A stretch of 64,000 nucleotides of DNA from Lepidodermella squamata. Taxonomy: Eukaryota; Animalia; Gastrotricha. The stretch covers positions 1,798,001 to 1,862,000 of the forward strand of contig JBLDXI010000054.1 in NCBI GenBank assembly GCA_047495785.1. Reading direction: 5' to 3'. Below are positions 36,235-46,028 of this stretch, one piece after another. Position 1 is the first letter of the stretch, and each line of letters starts with the position of its first letter. A model generated the notes under the pieces. That model was not told where the DNA came from and ran no database searches. It saw only the letters and a list, made by a program, of their open reading frames with translations. The position numbers and the translations under genes were made by a program.

Positions 36235-36891
36235 TTATCTCTCTTTGAGCATTCTTTGTGCACCACCCAGGCCCGCAGCTCAATTTCGTTGAGCTTCTTT
36301 GAGCACTCCGTTGAGCAGCGTTGTGCACATTGAGCACAAAATGAGACTTTTCTTTAGGCACGTTGCGCATCTTTAAGCCGCCTTCAAGCACTCGTTGAGC
36401 GGCTATTGAGCACCGCGTTCAGCACCAGATTAAGCACCAGTCGTCAATGACACAATTCAATTAAAAAAAAATCAGTCTCGGGCGGGAATTGAACCAGTGA
36501 CCATTGCGCCACTGGTTCCTCATAAATGGATACTATTAAAAAATCGACTTATCGATAATTTCATTTGTTAACAATTTTGCAAGTTTTGCAGTTTTTTGTA
36601 ATTGCAAGACTCCGCAACGAAAAAGAAATTGGGAAAAAAATATTATAAAAAACAATCAGTTGGGTGCGGGAATCGAACCAGTGACCACTGCCCTCACACT
36701 CATTTTTTTCATGTCATGTCATCTTTGGAGTGCTCAACGATAACCTGTTATCCTTTTGAGCACAAGTTGAGCACTTTCGATAGGTTCCGGCTGAGCATAA
36801 ATTGCGCACAAATTGAGCACCCATTGAGCAATCATTGAGCATTTTGAGCACAAGTTGTGCAATTGAGCAAAAGTGCTCAAAGGAGAGATAT
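36235..36891. mobile_element. MITE with TIRs, many TTGAGCA repeats and two tRNA-like B-box units
   Basis: TATCTCTCTTTGAGCA versus TGCTCAAAGGAGAGATA. Minus-strand GGTTC(A/G)ATTCCC at 36484-36495 and 36668-36679. Confidence 0.7.
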
Positions 36892-36937
36892 TATTATAAA
36901 TGGGCTCGACCGCTAAATCGAACTCGGTTAAGACGTT

Positions 36938-37143
36938 AGCTTTGTGAAGAGTGTCTAGCCCTATCCGAATGCTTTCAGGACATATCGGGCCCATAGATAG
37001 GAATTGACCACCTGAAACAAAAATCAGCTTTTTCTTCGGCAGCTTTGTGAAGAGTGTCTAGCCCTATCCGAATGCTTTCAGGACATATCGGGCCCATAGA
37101 TAGGAATTGACCACCTGAAACAAAAATCAGCTTTTTCTTCGGC
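36938..37143. repeat. Perfect 103-bp tandem duplication
   Basis: AGCTTTGTGAAGAGTG...CTTTTTCTTCGGC at 36938 and again at 37041. Confidence 0.95.
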
Positions 37144-37379
37144 ACATGGCCGGCCATAACGCACTCGGAGTGCTTGCCATAATTTATCGATCGAAGGATT
37201 CGAAGTTGCGGTTTTGAAGGATTCCAGCCATTTGAAGGCGTGATCAAGTCACGCATGTGCGATTTTGCCGTCAACCTTTGGCCCAGGGTGTAAAATTGTA
37301 AAACAGTGGGTCTGGCCCGGCTGAACTGAAAAAGAAGACTAATTTGCTGTTTTCCGTTTAATCACTCATTAGCAGCCTA

Positions 37380-38150
37380 CGGAATACGCGTCAATGGAAA
37401 ACTAACATTGCTCGACTATCATTACCGTACCTTGGCGAAGACATTGTGAACGCACTTAGAGAACCAGTTAAAAAACTAACGTCGTTCTTTCAAAGAGATA
37501 TCCAGCTATGCTGGAAATCCACACCTCTCAAACTAGTTTTTACTACACGTTTTGGTGATTACTTACATACTAACTACAAATGCTGGGGTTGCTTATGTGG
37601 CCTATCCAAGAAATCTACCTCATTGTGTCCTATACAACACACCATCTATCAACAAACATGCAATACCTGCCAAGAAATCTACATTGGCTGCACGAGCCAA
37701 CCTGTCGCATACCGTACTACACAACACTGTTACGCTTCTAATAAAACTAAAGATGGCACCATTGGGGAACACTTCAAAACCTGTACTAAATCTGATCCGC
37801 CGTTCTCTACTCAGATCCTACATCATTGTAAATTACCTTATCGTTTACTTCGTACTGAAAAACTATTTATCCAAGCTCTTAACCCTAGCCTTAATAACTA
37901 CTGTAACAAATAATTACTCATACAATTTATTTTAATAGATCATGATTTCTGTCTTTGATTCTTTTGATTAATTTTTGATAATTACACGAAAAAAACGATT
38001 GGTGACAAAATTGGTAAACTTGTTTTAATATTAGTCTCGAAACTTGATTGTTGATTTCCTTACTTGTTGTCAGACCCTGAAGATGGCTGAATAAAAGCTG
38101 AAACATGTCGGATTAGGCGACTGGTTTTTCATTTTTGAGTCATAATTATG
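37380..38150 (+). mobile_element. Penelope-like retroelement, 5'-truncated (GIY-YIG endonuclease end plus pseudo-LTR)
   Basis: ORF 37446-37913 with IYQQTCNTCQEIYIGCT..R..QH, IGEHF, E.LFIQALNPSLN. Hammerhead motif downstream. Confidence 0.85.
38074..38112 (+). ncRNA. Minimal type I hammerhead ribozyme of Penelope pseudo-LTR type
   Basis: CC-CTGAAGA-TGGCT(gaataaa)AGCT-GAAA-CATG-TC-GG: CUGANGA and GAAA boxes, palindromic minimal stem III ACATGT, GUC cleavage triplet. Confidence 0.7.
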
Positions 38151-38564
38151 ATATCGCTTTTCCATCAAATCCTACGACTAAAGATTTAGTTTCATTTTTC
38201 AAAGATTTGTAAGATGTGCTCTTACGTTACTACCTGGTGTATGTGAAAAACGAGCTGGGCAATTCTTTGTAGCGACCGAAGCATATAAAATTTCCGAGCT
38301 GTCTTGCGCACCCTGGAGCTATGACATCTTATACTGATTAGCCTTTCAAGTTACTTAGGCATGAGTTCTCCACCTTAGATGACTTATTATTACCAACTTC
38401 TCTAGTTTCCAGAGAACGCAGTTTCACGCAGTTCACGAGTCGGCGACTCGATGAAACAAGATCTACCTAGGTAATAAGCCGTATGAATTACCATCATCCG
38501 GCGCCACATCAGAGACTTTAGACTTGTTCCGTTTATTCTGACAAAATTTGACAATCTAGCCATA

Positions 38565-40874
38565 ATGAATAAGCTTTTCATAGCAAGAATAGCGCTGTTC
38601 AGCTTCCACGCCTTCTCCGCTGCTACAAAGCCTTTCAACATGTCCATCTTAGGTATTGTTCCCGACTTCGGAGTCATGTGCAAGCTGGGCACTGATCTTG
38701 CAATTGATACCATCAATGGGCGCTCGGATATTCTCCCCGACTACAACATTGTAATGGAATGGAAAGACGAAGTCAATCCGACTTCTGGTTACTCGCCACT
38801 TGTCGAGTTTCTGAAATATATAGCTTCGCCTTCGAATGATAACAGCTTTCAAGCTCCACTCTACCTCAGTGGCTTCTTCTCTAGCGGAAATATTCCTCTT
38901 GGACGAACTCTACACCACTTTGATTCTGTCGCAATATGTTTTGGGTGCGGATCTCCAGTTTTAGTAAACCGCAAAGCATTTCCGAATCTGTACCTAACAG
39001 TGACATCAAGTGACATAGTTGTGTCGGCTTACGTCAAATTTATGAAGGTAATTGGGAAATGGACAAGGGTGGGGATACTAACAACTGTTCTAAGTGACTA
39101 CGACTTCATGACCGCAAAATACTTCTACCAATTTGCAATCGATGAAAATATGACGATACCTTACTTCAACGCTGTTTTGGGAATCGATAATTACGTTGTT
39201 GAAGAAATAGTCAGTGATGACCTTCGAATCATTTTTTTACCCTTGAGCATCACCCCGATGCTTTGGTCTTTCCTATGCCTCGCGCACAAGCGTGGGTTGA
39301 CAGGGCCTCGTTACATGTTCTTCGCCGATTCCTTCACAGCTCAGAATCCAGAAAGCATTCCTAAAGCGGACCTTTTAGAAAAAGATTGCACCAACAAGAT
39401 TCTAGCAGAACAGTTCAAAAGCATAATTTTTGCAGGGGCGGAATTGTCGCCTTTCGACAAGTCTCGGAAATCTGAGTTGGGATTTTCAATTCAAGAATTC
39501 GACTCCCTAATCGATGCTAAGCTTGGATTCCACAGTGAAGACAACACCCTGGCTTACTTATGCCATGATACTGCTGTGACGGGAATTATGGCCCTTCAAG
39601 ACACCAACTTGCTGTTGATGAAGGAATGGAATACTTCGATCAAGGCTCATAGCAGCAGAAAACAAGTCGCTAAGGTAATGAATGAATCAGTTTTAGCCTC
39701 GAATCGCGCCGGATTTCGACATCAGTTGCGCTACAACCAGCGTGGAGCTAATGACGAGGACATTGTCACTTTCATGCGATGGAATGGGCATAAATTTCTA
39801 ACCAATTACCAAAGCCAGCCGAAGAAGCAGGGTTTCACTATTGAAACTGTCCCTTCTGGGCTTGCCTTCGAAAAATGGTTCGGCGGTCGGCCGAAAGACG
39901 CAGCAGGGCAACTCATCGTCGTCGATGGAGTCTCAAAACCCGTTGCTATATCAGTATTCTTTTTCAGTGGGGCAGTCACATCTGCTCAAGTTACATCAAT
40001 CTGCTTGCCAATATTACGGCGAAACATAGGGCTATTCGGCTCGCTGACAATAGCGAAACTGTTTTGCATTGCTGCATGCATTTTGATGAATGTGGGATCA
40101 GCGCTAGCTGTCTTAGAAACAACGGGAGCAATTCAAGTTAGCAGGATCGTCGTTTTCACAACATCCGTGTCTTTCGTCAATGGAATCGTCAGCTTTCAAG
40201 CGATCAGCTTATTTCGAACGAGTTCTCAGGCTGTAAATGCTTTTAATAGCCGACCCCTCCCTAATGGCCGTATCGCCCTACGGAGAAAAAATTCCAATCA
40301 AATTAAGGCTGCCGTTCAAGAAGTGGAAATTGGCGCTTCAAGCTCGTTGATAAAGCGCTCCCTTATCTTTTTAGGGTTCAATTTAGCTGTTGTGATAATT
40401 TGGCTTTCAAGCGACGGTTTCAATTGCACATCCATTCCGAAAGACTCTGACTCATATTATGACCTGGTTTCGGACACTTACTTCTCGTTTGAGCTACATC
40501 AATGTGGGGTGACATGGAATACTTCGATGATGTTTGTTTTAGCCGGAATTCAAGTTGTACTCATGCTTCTCGGTTGCATCCATGCTGCTCGTCTCAGGCC
40601 TTTAGTTGAGGTTCTCAAAAATCACGTTACTTTGCCGTCAACATCCTTGATCACAGTATTAACTAGTATGAACACTCTGATGCTTTTCGTTTGCGTGTTT
40701 GCCTTGGCCATCGCTACTTCATCGCAGAAATTGCAACAGATTTCCGTGGCTTATGGAGCTCTAGCTTTTTCTGCATCAACATCGGCAATTTTGCTATTTA
40801 TGGATCTGAAAATGAATTTCTTCAAACCGCAAGACGAAAATCGCTTGTCGCTCAATGTTTCTGAGGGATTGTAG
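38565..40874 (+). CDS. Class C GPCR, GABA-B-like, intact, intronless
   Basis: Signal peptide, INGRSDILPDYNIVM, FPNLY, KWTRVG, seven TM helices, short C-tail. Confidence 0.85.
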   Translation: MNKLFIARIALFSFHAFSAATKPFNMSILGIVPDFGVMCKLGTDLAIDTINGRSDILPDYNIVMEWKDEVNPTSGYSPLVEFLKYIASPSNDNSFQAPLYLSGFFSSGNIPLGRTLHHFDSVAICFGCGSPVLVNRKAFPNLYLTVTSSDIVVSAYVKFMKVIGKWTRVGILTTVLSDYDFMTAKYFYQFAIDENMTIPYFNAVLGIDNYVVEEIVSDDLRIIFLPLSITPMLWSFLCLAHKRGLTGPRYMFFADSFTAQNPESIPKADLLEKDCTNKILAEQFKSIIFAGAELSPFDKSRKSELGFSIQEFDSLIDAKLGFHSEDNTLAYLCHDTAVTGIMALQDTNLLLMKEWNTSIKAHSSRKQVAKVMNESVLASNRAGFRHQLRYNQRGANDEDIVTFMRWNGHKFLTNYQSQPKKQGFTIETVPSGLAFEKWFGGRPKDAAGQLIVVDGVSKPVAISVFFFSGAVTSAQVTSICLPILRRNIGLFGSLTIAKLFCIAACILMNVGSALAVLETTGAIQVSRIVVFTTSVSFVNGIVSFQAISLFRTSSQAVNAFNSRPLPNGRIALRRKNSNQIKAAVQEVEIGASSSLIKRSLIFLGFNLAVVIIWLSSDGFNCTSIPKDSDSYYDLVSDTYFSFELHQCGVTWNTSMMFVLAGIQVVLMLLGCIHAARLRPLVEVLKNHVTLPSTSLITVLTSMNTLMLFVCVFALAIATSSQKLQQISVAYGALAFSASTSAILLFMDLKMNFFKPQDENRLSLNVSEGL

Positions 40875-41040
40875 GGTTGAATGGATGCTAACAGGTGATT
40901 TCAAATAATATGAAGAATTAAGCTGGAAGCAAAAGCAACATTGTATATATCTGACATTTTTCTTGTGGTCTCTTAAGTAGCTCTAAAGAGTCTTGTGAAA
41001 TATTCTCTAGGTATTTCTGTTAGCTGATTAGCGTATCCTA

Positions 41041-41103
41041 CACCAGAAAAAAATCACCCTAATTGCGGTGATACTTTTACCTTGAGGTGATTTTTTTCTG
41101 GTT
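41041..41103. mobile_element. 63-bp mini-MITE with TA TSD (Tc1/mariner-like)
   Basis: CACCAGAAAAAAATCACC...GGTGATTTTTTTCTGGTT flanked by TA. Absent from the paralogous site at 31460. Confidence 0.8.
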
Positions 41104-41413
41104 TACATTCTCTATACTTATTCTTCATCATTATTTATTATGATCTGTCTCGAAAGAAAGACGATACGTCAAGAATAATGTCTCGTTGTAACGACTATAT
41201 TTTTGTGGTAAGTCATAGCAGGGATTGTTATCGAACTGACTACTAAAAACTTGCTACTTTGTATCATCTCCAATTACCAAAATTGTTACCGAAATTCAGG
41301 GTTTGAGTTTTATTTGCACTATTTGATTCAATTCAGCACAAGCATATAAAGCACAGTATCATACATCGTATATTATGGCACATTGAAGAATAAAGCGTAA
41401 AGCGAGAGATTTG

Positions 41414-41803
41414 TTAAACATGCTTGATCTTGTCCACCTCTTGGATGAAGCCGGCTACAACACTATTTCGGACTGCGTTGGTCCCGCTATTTGTTGCAGC
41501 TGTCGTTTCAAAAGACACAGCTGTAGTAGTCACTTCTTCAGAGGAGCCGTCCTTGTATCCACCCGTCTTGCCATGTTTGGCCGAATTGCCTTCCTTACCT
41601 TGCTGGGGCTTACCAGTGTTCGGGGAGACGGACGTGGCATCCGAGGACGGGGCGATTGTGCTGCCTTCGCCTTGTCGATTACCGCGACCTTTGCTCTCTA
41701 CGTTGTTGTTCTTGTTGTTATCGCCACCATTTCGGCTCATCGGTGCAGCTAGAGCAGTAACAGCAAAGGCGGCAGCCAACAAGGTGACTAAAGAGAGCTT
41801 CAT
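41414..41803 (-). CDS. Small secreted low-complexity protein, paralog of 24217-24627
   Basis: Signal peptide MKLSLVTLLAAAFAVTALA, APMSRNGGDNN, KGRGNRQ, SSEEVTT, GTNAVR. Confidence 0.75.
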   Translation of the reverse strand: MKLSLVTLLAAAFAVTALAAPMSRNGGDNNKNNNVESKGRGNRQGEGSTIAPSSDATSVSPNTGKPQQGKEGNSAKHGKTGGYKDGSSEEVTTTAVSFETTAATNSGTNAVRNSVVAGFIQEVDKIKHV

Positions 41804-42113
41804 TGCTGGTTTGGAGATTAGTTTTGATATTTAAGAGTATCAAAAGTTGATTGATGTTAGCTTTGCCTTCGATGTAAGCTTATAAGCAATCGTAGTCGTG
41901 AGCAATGTGCCGTGGGCGAGCAAGCGTGGAATGTATCACGACTATATAAAATTGGTTACGAGCACGCCACGTTACGCCTTTTGCGCTGTATGATGAGTCC
42001 TAATCATCTTTTTGTTAGAGTGTCGTTTTGCAAAGTTATTTGCTGCTGGTATTAGAAAAGTCACTTGTTTGAATACCATTCGAGAAATACAGGCATAGAT
42101 TTTATTAATGCTT

Positions 42114-45100
42114 CTAACTCGTGCTGGACATGCTTTCTCTAAGAAATTGCGCTAGGGCTACATGCCCCGCCTTCTCAGCTAGAGTCAAGGCAGTTTCGCC
42201 ATCATCGTTCACACATTTAATCATTTCAGGATCCTTCATCACTAGGAATTGCGCTACTTCCATATGACCGCCCATGGCAGCTGCCATTAGAGGTGTTGTC
42301 TTCTCTTCTGAAGAGCAGCTGGGAACATATGCGATGCATTTGCCATACAGAATTTCGACACATTCCATGTTGCCAACGAGAGACGCCATGAAAAGAGGCG
42401 TGTTGTCATCAACCGAATCAGGAACGGTATCCAAACAATCAGGATGTTGCTCCAAAAGGTATTTCAAGCATTCAACGGAACTCAGACTAGCCGCCATTAA
42501 ACATGCGATAAATACATCAGCCTTATCATATTTTGGCAGAAGGTATTTAACCATTTCAAGCTTGTTCCATCGAGAAGCGTTAGCCAGCGCCGTTTCGCCA
42601 TTTGCGCCTTGTACTTTCACCATATCTGGGGCGATTTCGATTAGGTACTTGACGACATCCATGTACCCTTCACCTGCAGCTAATGACAGAGCTGCGCCTC
42701 TGTCGCGATGGAGTTGCCTAATAATTTCCGGCGCAGTTTCAGCTAGAAACTTGACGCATTCAAGCTTGCCACCCCTTACTGCATAAGCGAACAACCCATA
42801 CGTTTCCTCGTCTTGCTTCGTGACCTGGCTTGGGTTTTTGTTGGCAAGGTACTTCAGAACTTCTAGGTGGCCGTATCGAGCTGCGAACATCATAGCGTTC
42901 CGTCTCTCTTCATCGACGTATTCAAGCGATTTCGGCCACTTCTCAGCCGCGAATCGAACAATGTCGAGGTGGTTTCGTCTCGCAGCTGTGTAAAGAACTT
43001 CACCTTGCAAACTTTCGTCCAAGCATTGCTCAGCTAATTCTTGTACTCGTTTTTGATCGCCATTAAAGGCGGACAGAATTATTTCGGGAGTCTGCGATTC
43101 TTTTTTAAGAATTTTCTCTTCCCAGGCCCAGACTTGGTAGAACGGAATCCAAGGAGACAGGCGGGTCAGCAATGGGACGCGATCAAGACCATGCTTTTCA
43201 TAGGCTTTATCTCGTACCACATCCATAAACAAGCAGGAGTAGGTCTCGCCAGTCCTTTTTTCGGTTAGAACTTGAAACAAACCATCTCTGCCGAAGGCGT
43301 CTTCAACCTTAGCAAACAACTTCCTAAGCAGGCGATAACTCTCACTGGGAAGATATTGACCTCCCAAATGTGAGTGAAGATGCTTTTTCACCTTGGTAGT
43401 CCAGTTGACCTGATAAAGATACTGCACGAATGTCATGCCATCAGTCGCATTCGTTTTAGTCATGCATAACTTCCTAATGGTTTCGGGGTCAAGTTTCGCA
43501 ATGATGCGTTCTATCAGCATTTTCCGACGAAATTTGATGGCTGATAATAGGACAGCTAGGCCAGATTCGTTGCCAGCCTCACTTGAACCCATGGCACCAG
43601 TGGCGATGCTAATACGGATTTGCAGCAGACACGATTCATCCGAACCCTTTAGGTTGAAGTCTTTTTTCGCCTTCTCGAGGGCGGATTCGTAAAGCATCTG
43701 ATGCAGTAAGAACCGATCTTCAGTCGAATCGTCTATTTCATTCTCATTGTTCTCTTTTTCGTCTTCGTCAACCTCCTTAATTGCCTTCTTAACTCGTCTG
43801 ACCAATGATCGTTTCTCGAAGGCTCGGCAGATCCCACGCAGGCCGCACCTACTGTCTTCGTCCAGGTCGAAGCCCCATAGAATTCCAAGGTCGAAAATAG
43901 AAACTGGCTCGGCAGGGTTGAACAGCAGAAAGGCGTAGTAGAGACATCTGAGACTTGCATCCATTTGATCCAAACTGAACGTGAATAGGCTTGAAACAGT
44001 TTTGAACGATCTATTTTGAGTTTTCAGGTCACTGATTTTGTACTGTGGAGAGATAAGTCGTTTGTACTCTGACTTGATCTCGGCCTTATCTTCGCAGTTT
44101 GAGATTCTAGCAGCGATGAGACTGGCAATCAAAGGCAGCCCGCAGCATAGAGTTGCTAGTTTCATCAATTGGTCATCCATCAGAACATTCGAGAGTTTGA
44201 AGGTCGTTTTCAGCATAGTCTTGATACCAGCATCGTTCATTTCATCGACCCTTTCGACCTTCTGGACTATTGTGAAGTTTGCATCTAACACGGTTTGAGC
44301 ATCTCTTGTCACGATGAAACAGATGGGAGGGTCGTTGAACTTCTCGAGGAAGGAGAGTAACAACCGATAATTGAACATGTCATCCAAAACGAAAGCGACC
44401 CGCAGGTTTTTCTTTCGATAGTAGCTAGCAATGCTTTGCAGACTGGAAAACACGGCGCTGCGATCAGAATCCTCGGCTTCCTTCGCGAGATTCAATAACT
44501 TGTCAATAAAAGCTTTTTCATCGTAGCGTTCTCGCCAGTCGAAGCAATTTATCCAAATGGCTCGGTTGATATTGCATTCTCGAACAAAGTAGCCGAATTT
44601 TTCTTCACCGGTGACTAGACGAGCGACTAGGGTGGTTTTGCCAACTCCGCCATCACCGCACACAATAAGACAGCCTTCGTCAGGATTTTGAGCGACAAAC
44701 TTCATCTGAGCCAGGATTCGGTCTTCATCCTCTTGGCGACTGAAATATTTCGATTTTGAGAAGAATGGTACCCCAACTGATTTGAAGCTATCAGAGAGAT
44801 TAAGCTGGTTTACTTTTACCCTGATCTTACAACTTACTTCACTGTAGTTTTTTGCTCAATACTCCTCAGTCCGCTTTTGCTTGGAGACTGATTCTTGTGG
44901 TTACGGAGGAATTCGAGAATCTTTGCTGCAACATCATCGAATCGATCTCCTTCGCAGTAATCGAGTCTTAGTTGAGATTTGAAGATGAAAAGAAGCCATC
45001 CATCAGGCCTGTAACCCTTTTCGACCCGGATTGGCAGTATTTCCTTGTTCTTGTTAGCAGCGTACTCAATTTCACGTTTACAGTTAGCGCTATCCGCGTA

Positions 45101-45534
45101 TTCTTGGCTGAAGAAGCAAATTACAATATCTGCATCATCGATTCCCTTAAAAGTCAAAGTAAAAATTTAACTTCTGTAAGAGATAGCGATTTTACCTTTG
45201 CCATGGACTCATAAGCATACCCACTGATGTTCTGCATGTCGATCCATACTTTGAGGTCGGGCTGGTTCATCAAATGATTCGCCATTTCGTGAACAGCTTC
45301 TTTGCGACTGTGCCAACAATAGCTGATGAACACGTTGATTCGCGAATTTGGTTCTTGTTGCTCTCTTTTTCTAGACGATTCCTCGTGAGCTGAATCGGAT
45401 GCAAATGTTTCAACTTTGGAGATGAATCGCCGCATGATGCCATCTCGATTTCCAGCTGATCGTTCGATCTTGGAAGATTGGACTCGCTTGTAATCGCGAT
45501 CCAGCTCCTCATCATCTGTCAGCTCTTCGATCAT
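42114..45534 (-). CDS. TIR / NB-ARC (STAND NTPase) / ankyrin-repeat NLR-like protein, 3 exons
   Basis: TIR VFISYCW..VWID..YADSANCKREIEYA. P-loop GDGGVGKT, Walker B FVLDDM, GLPL, FLLHQM (MHD site), about 8-9 ankyrin repeats. Introns at 45146-45195 and about 44787-44836. Confidence 0.9.
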
Positions 45535-46028
45535 TTAGATAAGCTGCCGTTAACTGCTTCAAGCTTGAACTAAAAAAGCTTATACCAACAGCTACATATA
45601 CGCTTGAGCCATTTTGTATTTCATGCCTTCTCGCATATTCGCTATCGAAAATCAATTACATTGGCTGACGCTCCTGTATATGTTAGGTACTACGTTATTA
45701 ATTATTAAACCACAAGCTCGTCAATATGCTAACCGAACATAACCTTTGAAATTTTCTCCTTAAAAAATTGGCCGATTCACGGCCGCGTCAATTAGGAATT
45801 CTGAAATAACAGAAATCAGAAAAGGAATGTTCAGTGTAAAGACTAAAATTAGGAATCTCTCCTCTCAAGCGTGGCTAATTAATTGAAATTGTCATGGAGA
45901 CGAATGGCTCATTTAGTGAATGAAAGTTTATTTATAATGATCTTCTTATAAGCATTGTTTACAAGGAAGTAATACATCGTATAGTATCATCAACTGCACC
46001 AAAACTTTAGTCATATCACACATTTAAA

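Noticed and set aside
36470-36700. tRNA genes or CRISPR-like repeats
   Set aside because: Only T-loop-like halves and irregular TTGAGCA repeats inside a MITE. No constant repeat-spacer period, and the context is eukaryotic.
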